DNA of 58,766 bases, counting the filler, from Basidioascus undulatus (Eukaryota): assembly GCA_000826855.1 (NCBI GenBank). It is 4 parts of 4 records of this genome, joined end to end, with 100 filler letters (N's around TTAATTAATTAA, not from the genome) between each part and the next. Parts side by side here need not be neighbours in the genome. Positions count along the whole stretch, not along the records: positions 49,191 to 58,766 come from JTLS01001241.1; 3 more parts are not named here. One strand, given 5' to 3'. Position 1 is the first letter of the stretch; every line of letters starts with the position of its first letter. Below the pieces are notes generated by a model. That model searched no databases and was not told the origin of the DNA. It saw only the letters and a list, made by a program, of their open reading frames with translations. This document shows positions 49,091 to 58,766 of the stretch, piece by piece. Position numbers and translations under genes: made by a program.

Positions 49091-49190
49091 NNNNNNNNNN
49101 NNNNNNNNNNNNNNNNNNNNNNNNNNNNNNNNNNTTAATTAATTAANNNNNNNNNNNNNNNNNNNNNNNNNNNNNNNNNNNNNNNNNNNN
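49091..49190. other. Artificial contig spacer N44-TTAATTAATTAA-N44
   Basis: Same 100-nt linker. Confidence 0.97.
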
Positions 49191-49246
49191 CCCCCCCCAG
49201 AGAGCATTACGAGACATCCACCTTGCTGCACTTCTGAAACCCACAG

Positions 49247-49517
49247 GCACGCTCCACCTCCACGGCCTCAAGTATGTACCTTCCCTCTTCCTCCTCCTCT
49301 CTTCCCCCTCTGCTCCCCTTATTTTGCGCCCCACATCGTCTGAGTCGCAGTGGAAGTTTTAAAACGCGCACGCTAACGCGGCTTGAATGCGGCCCGCAGG
49401 CCCCAGAACTGCTGCGCTATGGGCTGGTACGAGATGCATGGCAGCAGCTCCGCCGAGTTCAAGAAGCCCAGGCCCGGCCAGGAGCGCAAGATGCTCGACC
49501 TCAACAAGCGGATGTGA
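49247..49517 (+). CDS. 3' two exons of an unidentified gene
   Basis: cag|GCACG..CTCAA|gtatgt ... ctaac..cgcag| splices to TLHLHGLKPQNCCAMGWYEMHGSSSAEFKKPRPGQERKMLDLNKRM* with strong GC3 bias. Confidence 0.5.
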
Positions 49518-52500
49518 GGGTCGAAGCCGACGCGGGTTAGTCGCATCCCTACCCTCCTTCCGGACCGCTCATTCCCTCCCACTCCCTGCTCACTTCGGAC
49601 TGCCCCGCATTTTACAGCGATGCGTTTGAGGAAGGGAAAGCTTGCGAAGAGAAGCTTTATGACTGCTTTATGACTGCTTCAGACTGCTTGACTGCGACGT
49701 GTGCGATGGTGCAGCTCTTAGAATCTCGCGAAGGGCGAGAAGTAAGGTTATGCAACTGAACGACTTGCATCCTTCGACAGTCTGCACGTCGAGCATGCAA
49801 TTTACATGCGATCGATGCTCTCTTCCGGACGTGTGGGTGCTACGCTTTGTTGAATTCTTGAGAGCCCAAGTTGAAGCGTTGCGTTGGACTGGCTCCCAAT
49901 CCAGAGCAAGCAACATTACTGTTTCTCAGACTTAGGATCGTTCATAGGAACAGTGTACATGACTGTGAACTGGAGACCAAAGTTATTCCTGGATTTGGCT
50001 GACTAAAAGTATTCGGTGAATACTGAAACAAAGATAAAATTATCTGAGGGCTTCTAGACTAATGGATGTGGGACGTGGAAGAGGCCGATCATGGAGGCGT
50101 TCTGGCGGTTCAATAGAAACGACCGTTGTGCTCGCAGGAGCAAGCGAGCGAGTCTCATGTTCTTCTCTTGCTGAAGTTCGAAATATTAAGGTTTGAACAG
50201 CTTTGGGATGTCCTGATGGTCATCTTATTCTTCACTATTTAGGCAGGTCTGAGCCAGACCTTGGCCGTCGGTACCACAGGGTGTGGTATCAGCTGTTTGT
50301 GGGCAGGAAAACTGAACCTCTAGCGGAACGCGCCTATGTGAAAGCACGTTTGAGCTTTGTTGAGGGGGAATTCTCGCTTACATGTGCCTCAACAGACCGG
50401 ATCCAAGCACTGCGGTTGCTGATGCCGTGCCACGCCCTGCGGTGGGTAGAACCGGCCAACCGATTCCACTCGCCCCCGCACCGAGGCTGTTGGACTTGCC
50501 TTCCCCTCAACTACGCGACACCACTCCAGCTGCAGTCGCGGTTCGGTTTGCTTATGTGGGAATGTTCGAGCGGGTACTTAAAAAGAATCTGTTGAGCTCT
50601 ATAGTTCAGAACTTTCTGCCTTAATGTTCTTCAAGATGGCAGAGTTCAAGTTCTCTGACAATAGCGTATGCGCGAAATCGCACCGCCCTGCTCCCGACGA
50701 CGGTACATTTCAGCTCAAAGAATTAACCGGTAACATTACATGAACGTCTTATGGTTGCATCACATCAACCTGGTGCGCCAAAATAAAGCCTAAACCCGAC
50801 GTTGACAGGCAGGGCGCGCTGACGTGCCGTTCACAGACCGGCTGGCCGATTGAGAGCATGTACACCAAGAACGCGGTCAACGGCGCAAAGAACCCCGCCA
50901 ATGTGAGGGACTTCAGACATCCCTTGAGTGCGTCACAATTACTGGTTTCCGTGCTGAACTCCGTCCGCCCGCAGCGACTTTGCGTGCTCCACCAACTCGT
51001 GTACACCTCTGGCCTACCATAAACAATGTTCATCGTTTTGGGAAGGTAATGATGCATACCGAACCAATCCTTCACGCTCGAAGTTTTGACGAGACCTGGA
51101 AGGTAGGTTCAGTTCTCTCATCCCGGTCTGAATCGTCGTTGAAATATGGCCATTCTGCAAGAGTAATACGGCGGCGTCGGTGAGCTCCAGTTTTCGATCC
51201 TTGATCATCACTTCCATCTGAAAATGGCTGACTGTCTGCTTTGTGCAGAGCCATACTGGGGCCAGTACACCAACAATGGGACTCTCAAGGACATCACTGT
51301 CCCCACTTGTCTCGGTGCGTCTTGCTTTGCCACTCTTCTTTCCGCAAGCGGTCTCACTCACAAGCTGTACCTTTGATCCCTTTTTCAGTCGAATCTCCGA
51401 CTGTTCGCTCTGCCCCCACCGACTCGAGCTCGCACTCATCCTCGAGCAACGCCAACAGCGCCGCTGAGCCCATGCTTGGCTGTGTCCCTCGGCGGCATGC
51501 TGGCCGCTGCGGCGCTTGCTGCTGCTACTTGCTTGCCTCTTGAAAGGTCTTTCGTATCAAAAAAGGTTGACCTATCTTCCGATTTGGACGTTCTCTTCGG
51601 ACGCACGCACCCCTGTGAGCTGCTCGCACCCAGACCCCTTCCTGAGATCCAGAGCATGCACTGCACTCCCTGTGGACCGACTCCTGTCCCTCCCCCCAAA
51701 GATGGGCTGAAAACAATTATTCTCGGTACCCATATTAGTTAATTATTGGAGGGAATCTCGGTCCGACGCCCTGCTCCGAGACCACGTCCCGTCTCTGCCA
51801 ACTGTTGCCAACCCTGTTAGCCCTATGAACTATTCCGGCGCAGAATCCGTCCTCGCTCGCAGGGATGCCGGAGTCCCAGCCATGTTGAAATTCATGCAAT
51901 TTATATTTCATGCCTCCGTGTGGGACGGACGCAGGGCAAACGGCGGTAGTGCCGTCTTCAAACGGTTCAGCTGCCGTGCAACACGGAGTGTCACTGTGAG
52001 GCAGTTCGCATCTCCCGCTTCTGCTCCCTCAAAGATTCCCCACAAAGTTCCGCGCACCGGCCCTAGAGCATACAGATGCTCGGACATTATTTTCGCTCAA
52101 CCGTCCGACCACTCTGAGAATTAAACTTAACTTGCGAGATCCATTAAAAGTTTCTGTGTCAAGCAACGTTGCAGAGCTGTAGCAAGTCACCGCTGAACGG
52201 GCTCCTAAACAGACAAGTACTTATTCCCGAATTCTGATCATCAGGCCCGCAGATGGCTGTCTGGGCTTTTACGTTCCTTGTAGACTCGTTGGGGCGGGAA
52301 ACTGGCTAACAGTACGGAAGACTAACGTCCCTTGCGCTGCTGGCACCGGGCACCGCCGCACTCAGGTCTTCTATCCCCAGTCCTCTTACCTGGTAATGAG
52401 AAATAACGAACTTTTCCTCCTTAATTACCTTGTATCTTGCCCCCCCCATAACCTCTGCAAACCCACCCACGAATCTTCGGATGCCAACAAGGCGCACCGA

Positions 52501-54079
52501 GACCCCCAATGACTCCGAACATGCCTTTTACTTAGCTTGCTTGAAATTGCAGAATTGTTGTCGAGAAGATTTAAGTATTGCTGGAGTGAGCGCATTATAT
52601 TGCATGTAGAGTTTGAGTGCTCACTCAGGTAGACTCTGCCATACACTCGCACGGGAATGTCCGACAGCTTGCATGACCACTCAAGGGAGTCTCGTCCGAA
52701 CCAGAGCCTGAGGAGCGGTTCGGAGAAAAGAAATTACAATTAAATACTGAAGAGGTCTCTGAAGGACGAGGGCGGGGGGAGCAAGCGCTGGCAGTATTGG
52801 GATGATCTCAAAGACCTTCATCTCAGCGCGTAAAAAAGTCAGCCTTCTTGGGAGGTGCCTTTTTTGTGAAGTTCGTTTGCACAGAGACGCCGATAACTAG
52901 AGGACCCATTGTAGGGGGCTGTACGGATAGTTACCTTAAGCTTGGAATGCACTGCTGGAAAAGTTACAGCGCTGCAGCCGCAGTCACTTTCTCTTGCGGA
53001 TATCGTTTGCACTGCCTTTTGGTAACTTACGTGCTCAGAGGCTCTCTGCAGACTACCCCAGGAATGCAGGATGTGACGCTTACGAATGAATTGAACTTCT
53101 ACTGGCTCCATATGATGGCTTGCAGTTCCAAGAGGATATCGCGTCGTACACCGGCGTCGGTCGCTCCCGGGAGCCCATGAAGCCCCCCAAAAGCGATGTT
53201 CGTTTTCACGTCTGCGTACGATGGCGTTTGCGTGTACGGAAAAGGGGGTCGCGGCTGGAGCGCAGCCACTGGATTGCAGTCCTTTCAGCGGTACTTTCGT
53301 TAGCGTAAGGGCACAGCGACGAGGCTGCGGGGTTTGCTCCCGATTCACCGTTGCATGCTTTGCAGACGACAACATTTTGCTGCTGAACGACCCATATCGT
53401 CGAACTGCTCTGACGGGAGTGCTGGCTCTGGAAAACGTTCGACGACCCGCAACCTACGGCGATAATATGCGATAATTATCGAGGTTGACAGATGTTCATC
53501 AAGACGAGCAGCAGAGAGAGAGACATCCCGCGTCCGGCTGAGTGCGATGACATCAGGGCACGAGGAGGCCCACACTCGCCGTCGCGCTTGGCCCTTTGGC
53601 AAGTGTGCAAGCGAGATGGACGGTTCAACTTCGTTCTTTTTATCACATTCCCATCCTCAACCGTCACCAGCTCACACCACGCAGCTCACCGTCTGCACCG
53701 CCGCCGCCGCCATCGTCAACGGGTCCGCCGTGCCAATTCATCCCGACTGAGCATTCCGGCCTGCGCTGCTCTGCGAGTCTCCCGCGCCAAACACGGCTGG
53801 GGTCGTATCACACCACGCCCCGACACGACTCGTGCGGGATAGCGCCGCGTAGATTTTGTCCTATGTGTGTTCGTCCCCGCTCCGTTCTCTTGCTCTTCTT
53901 CGGTCGCCGCCAGGAAAGTACACCGAGCGGACACTGATCGCCGTCGTGTTCGGCCCCGTGTGGAACGCTCGTCTTGGACCACACAGTAACGAATCTGCGT
54001 AATCCAACGACCGACCGTCCTGTACATTCCAATACCCGCCACGTCGGCAGCAACCCCATAATCCGTCAGCAGACTCAGC

Positions 54080-55096
54080 ATGTCCTCAATGGTCCTCCCA
54101 CCGTTTGACGTCTCTCGTCCCCGTCACCTTACTGTGAGTGCGAGTTCCAGTCCCAGGCGCCGCCGCGTGCTTCCCCTCCCGCCCTCTGACACCGGAACCA
54201 GTCCAACCCCAGCTACACCTCCGCCTCGACGGACTCGTCCATGCACGAGGAAAGCGGGCTTTATGTGCGTCTTTTCTGAGGATGGCGAGCCATGCACCCC
54301 GAGAGGTCCTCACACCTCATGCTGCGCCCACAGCCCTCCTCCGCTGTCATCCCCCCCTCGCCCCCTGCGGGCCTGCACCCGCAACAGGCGCATGTCCGCT
54401 CGACCCATCGCATGCCCATCCGGGGGTCGTTCCACATCGCGACCGGTCACGCATTCCATCAGGCCGAGTCCGAGACGGAGGCGGCCTTGCAGGGCCCAAG
54501 CGCGCGGTTCGAAACCAATGACGGTTACGTAGATGTTCGGGTGCGTAGCAAGCTGCTCTGTGATCGGGGGACGGACAGGAAGCTGACCTGCGCTGGTGGC
54601 GGGGATAGATTTGGGTTAGCGGTGGGGCTGGGATGGCGACGATTGAGGCATCGAGCAAGTCGGGCAGGGTCAAGGTCGAGGTGGTGAGTAGGTCTTGAAC
54701 ACACACCCTGAGGACTTGCTCACGACCATCTCCGTAGGTTGACTGTCCAGCGCGACTTCCTCTCCGCCTCGCTGCCCGGTCAACGAAGGGTTCTGTAGAG
54801 GTCCTGCTACCACCCTGCTTCGTGCGTACCCCTGCGTCTCCGTCCGCAGTGCGTGCAAACCTTGGCCAATGCCCTCACCCCGCCAGGCCGGCCTCCTCGT
54901 CGTCGACAGCCCAACTGTGAACCTGTCCGATAGCGTGCAGCGGCGCACAGAGGCCTCACGGCCCAACCAGTTCATTATTCAAGGGCTAGACGGCATCGCG
55001 CGGGGCGGGTCCGAGGTCAAGGTCGAGGCGCGCTTGGGGACGTGCAGAGTGGCCTTTGCGAGAGAGGACGAGTGGGACGCGGACCCGCCGCAGTGA
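54080..55096 (+). CDS. Hypothetical spliced protein with repeated beta-strand motifs (adhesin/DUF4097-like pattern), possibly damaged
   Basis: Segments PIRGSFHI, ARFETNDGYVDV, IWVSGGAGMATIEASSKSGRVKVEV|gtgagt and EVKVEARLGTCRVAF repeat an x-T/S-x-x-G-x-V-x-V pattern; several GT..AG introns are visible. Confidence 0.45.
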
Positions 55097-55553
55097 TTTT
55101 GCCTATCTTCTTATCTAGAGCGAGAATGATTGAACGCGGAGGTCAAAGCATGAACGGACGGACACTTGGAGTGTAGTTAATAGGCGCGGGGAGGATGCGC
55201 TGTAGACTTTTGCCCTTTGTACACCCCTCCGACCATCTAGGACTCCTTGCATTCGATTTCCCTTTGCATTTCTGACTGTAGTGAAGTGGTCCGGGTGAAC
55301 ACGCTGAGACGCAGCGCGAAGTCAGCTCCGAAGTCCTAATAGAGATACTAATCGAGGAAGCGACAGGTCTCGAGCCCCGCAGCTCCCCTCGTCGCCGCCT
55401 GGCCCATCTCGCCCCTTGGCTCTTGACCTCTTCCACCGCCCTCCTGCTCCCCCCACCCTCCGCAAAATACACCGCTCCTTTCCATCTCTCCATATCCTTG
55501 CTTTTCCTCACCTCCGCCGGATCTAACCTCGCTATCTCCCGCGCCGCCTCGCG

Positions 55554-55717
55554 ATGAGTTGGCAACAACCACAGCCCACAGGCTGGCAGCAGCCTCAGGC
55601 GACCGGCTGGCAGCAGCCGCAGCCCACGGGCTACCCGCCGCCGCTCCAGCAGATGCCCCAGCAAGCTCCGCCGACGTTCCTCACCGCCGCGCCGACTGGT
55701 CTACCCGCCGGCTACGG

Positions 55718-55752
<35 letters not shown>

Positions 55753-57723
55753 TGATCGCGCAGCAGACGGGCTTCCAGCGCCCGATGGCGACGGGCTACC
55801 CCCAGCAGCAGCCGCAGCAGACGGGCATGCTCAACCCGGGCATCAACCGCTCGTTCCTCTCCGCCTCGCCGACTGTCCCGCTCCAGCCGCAGCAGACGGG
55901 CTGGCAGGGCGGCGGCGGGCTCGCGAGCGGCTTTGGCGGCGGCGGGCTTGTCGTCCAGCCTACGGGCATCCCGAACCCCGCGCTCCAGCTCATGACCAAC
56001 ACGTTCCTTCGTACGTCCCACACGCTCTAGTAGAATGGGAATACGTGTCACTGATGTTCATGCGGGGACCAAAGCCGCCAACCCGTCCCAGCCGTACGCC
56101 GCGAACGGCGCAATGCAGTTCAACCAGACGCAGCAGAACCTCGGGCTCTCGCTCGAGCAGTCGTTCGCGCAGCACAACCAGCAGGCTCGGGGCACGCCCG
56201 CGCCGCGCATCCCGTGGACGCTCACGCGCGAGGAGCGCAAGAACTACGACCAAATCTTCCGCGCGTGGGACCAGCAGGGCTCGGGCTTCATCAGCGGCGA
56301 CGTCGCCCGCGAGGTCTTTGGCCAGAGCGGCCTTGGCTCGGAGGACCTCATGCTCATCTGGTTCGTTGATCTCTGTGCTGGGATGGGAGCTGCGTATCGG
56401 GCATGTGCAGAACTGACGCGGGACTGGCGGGAACAGGAACTTGGCTGACGTCGACAACCGCGGCAAGCTCAACCTCGCGGAGTTTCACGTTGCTATGGGT
56501 CTCATCTATCGCCGTGCGTTTCCTTTGATCAAACAGGTCATTCAGGATGCTAACGTAGGGGCGCGGCCAATTCAGGTCTGAACGGCAACCCCATTCCCGA
56601 TGAGCTGCCTGACGAGTTGGTCCCGCCGTCGTCCCGCGACCTCAACATGCAGGTCGACATCCTCAAAGACATCCTGAAAAACGACGCGCACGTCCGCTCG
56701 ACCGGCGGCTCGGGCTCCTCTTCGCCGTACGGCACGTCGACGCCGGGAAGCCGCAAGGACGCCGTCGTCTACAAGCACGACGACTCGAGCAGCACGGGCT
56801 ACCGCTCGTCGTCGCGGCACCTGGACCGCAAGACGGTGCGCTTTGGCGAGTCGTCGCAGGCGACGGACCTCGAGGACATGAAGCGCCAGTTGGAGAACAC
56901 GTCCAAGATGCTCGACAAGGCGACGACGCTCGCGGGCCAGCGCACGGAGGAGGACGAGGAGGCGGAGCGCGAGCTCGACGACCTTAAGTACCGCATCCGG
57001 CGCGTACAGGACGACATCGACTACGTCTCGCGCGGGAGCCGGACGAGCGCCAAGGACGAGGAGCGCCGCAAGCTCGAGCGCGAGCTCCTCTACCTCATGC
57101 ACGAGCGCCTCCCCGAGGTCGAGAAGAAGATCGCGGCTGCCGAGCAGCGCAGGAAGGACACCGAGCGCGAGGCGCTCCGCAACCGCGACGCCCGCAACGA
57201 CCGCTACGGCCGGTACCGCGAAGAAGACCGCGACCGCGAGTATGACCGCGGGTACTCGTCGTACCGCCGCGACCGCAGCCGCGACCGGTATCAGGAGCCC
57301 GAGCGCGGGTACATGCGCTCGACGTACAACGATCGGTCGCGCGACCGCTCGCGGGAACGCTACGACCGCCCTCGCAGCCCGGAGTCTGCTCGTTCACCCC
57401 CTCCCGCACCGCTCGCACCTGCCGTGCCCATGTCGAAGCCCCCGCCTCCGCCTCCTGCTGCACCCTCTCCCGCCCCGTCCGCCTCCAAGTCGATGACGCC
57501 CGAGGAGCGCAAGGCGTTCATCCAGGCCGAGGCGCAGCGCCGCGTGCAGGAGCGTCTCCGCGCACTGGGTGTCGGCAGCCCGAGTGCGACGCCCGAGCTC
57601 GACACGAGCGTGAGCGACCGGCTCGAGCGCGAGAAAGCGCGGGGCGGGAGGTGGAGATGCAGCGCGAGCGCCCGCGCGATCGGGAGCAGCGGGAGCGAGA
57701 GCGCAACTTGCAGAGGGGCCTGA
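55554..57723 (+). CDS. PAN1: Endocytic EH-domain scaffold Pan1, N-terminal half only
   Basis: QPTG/QQTG long repeats; EH domain [73 protein letters not shown]; coiled coil; [19 protein letters not shown]. Confidence 0.9.
55719..55751 (+). repeat. (CAG)11 poly-Gln tract in PAN1
   Basis: Uninterrupted cag repeats encoding [11 protein letters not shown]. Confidence 0.9.
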
Positions 57724-58461
57724 CGGGCCCGACAAGAAAAAGGGATAGCTGGGGGAAGCGGAAGTCGGTGCCAAGGAGGGAGGGGAACGAGGACACGGAG
57801 ATGGTGAAGTGGAAGTCGTACCTCGGTGAAATGTTCGGCCTCCCCCTTGAGAGCATAGGGACCTGATGTTGTACTTTGGTAACGCTGCTCTCGTCGGTAG
57901 ATAATTATGACGCTTAGTCGTTACGCGCTGTGTGTCGGTTGTGCAGCAGGGTGAAAGTCGACTGTGTGTCCGATGTAGCAGGTTCTGGGCGGGGTGCGAG
58001 ATGGTTTGCATAATGCATGTGTCAGAGGCTTTTAACTTCCAAAAGAGTAAGGGACTGCCGGCCTGCTCAATGTTCGGAAGAGGTAAGAGGAGCGGCATCA
58101 GGAGTCGGTGTCGACGAACGAGACCAGAAGTTGGGGTCGAATGTCGGTGCTCGCATCCGGGCTACCACTCGAGGCGACTGAAGACTGGGACCTGATGCTT
58201 CAATTTGACTTCGCAACGCATACCACTGAGTCCCTCTTCTTGTGTATCGATGAGCGGGTGAAAGTCGACTGCGTGCCAGGCGCGGAATGTTCATGGCGTG
58301 AAGATGGGAGCTGCTAAGTCTCGTTGAAACACAAGGCACGTAAGAGCCGGAATCCGTATGATATGATATGATATGAGGACAATCCAATAGCGGAGACATG
58401 CGGAGATAAAGCAACGATCAACAATGCGAGTGTGACAGGCGAAAAATGAAAACAAAGTGAG

Positions 58462-58504
58462 AATGCGAGATGGTATGCGGAATGCGAGATGGTATGCGGA
58501 ATGC
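58462..58504 (+). repeat. Tandem 20-nt duplication (aatgcgagatggtatgcgg x2) near an (ATATG)n tract at about 58357-58376
   Basis: Seen directly. Confidence 0.8.
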
Positions 58505-58766
58505 ATGTATCATGATCTTTTGAGCCCAGAATGGAAATGGTCCGTAGCCCCCTGCAAGCTCAAGGCTCATCGTAATACGACCCGACAAACGCCCGGCTGC
58601 CGAGGAGCATCGACCGAGGCGAAGGCAGCGGCTGCCCGACGTGCTCACTCACGCGTGCGTGGAGATTGAGGCTCTTCATCTTGGGTCGGGACGCGGCATC
58701 AGTGAGTCCGAGTCCAAAGAGCGGGTGGTCGTTCCCGAGGGGCGGGAGGGGCGAGCGGCTCGCGAA

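Noticed and set aside
49600..53900. Short ORFs, including one with HHYLPK and a hydrophobic stretch (50749-51075)
   Set aside because: Desaturase His-box spacing is absent; no recognisable motifs or transposase/RT signatures
1..58766. Mating-type locus or intact transposon
   Set aside because: No STE3, homeodomain, CAAX pheromone repeat, RT, integrase or transposase motifs recognised

Overview
Intron-rich, GC-rich fungal DNA that looks basidiomycete (short GT-AG introns with CTRAC branch sites; Pucciniomycotina-like by inference). It is four contigs joined by artificial 100-nt N44-TTAATTAATTAA-N44 spacers. Recognisable housekeeping genes are KIN28/CDK7, UBC7, PMA1, RPL27, LSC2, GID8, PAN1 and an intron-containing tRNA-Gly(GCC). 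There is also a peroxisomal-type alpha/beta hydrolase and a damaged pyroglutamyl peptidase I. Gene-poor accessory tracts between them hold decaying F-box/LRR-like and APH-kinase-like genes and several small secreted-protein genes. The most striking element, invisible in the ORF track, is a minus-strand gene at 17401-18812. It encodes a signal peptide and Kex2-type pro-region, then about 13 tandemly duplicated micro-exons (12-69 nt, mostly phase 0), nearly all encoding a D/E-rich then K-rich module. Other points of interest are a long fold-back locus at about 43.2-43.55 kb built from an inverted duplication of a small gene's 5' end, and an abruptly truncated PAN1. Exon coordinates were read by eye and may be off by a few bases.
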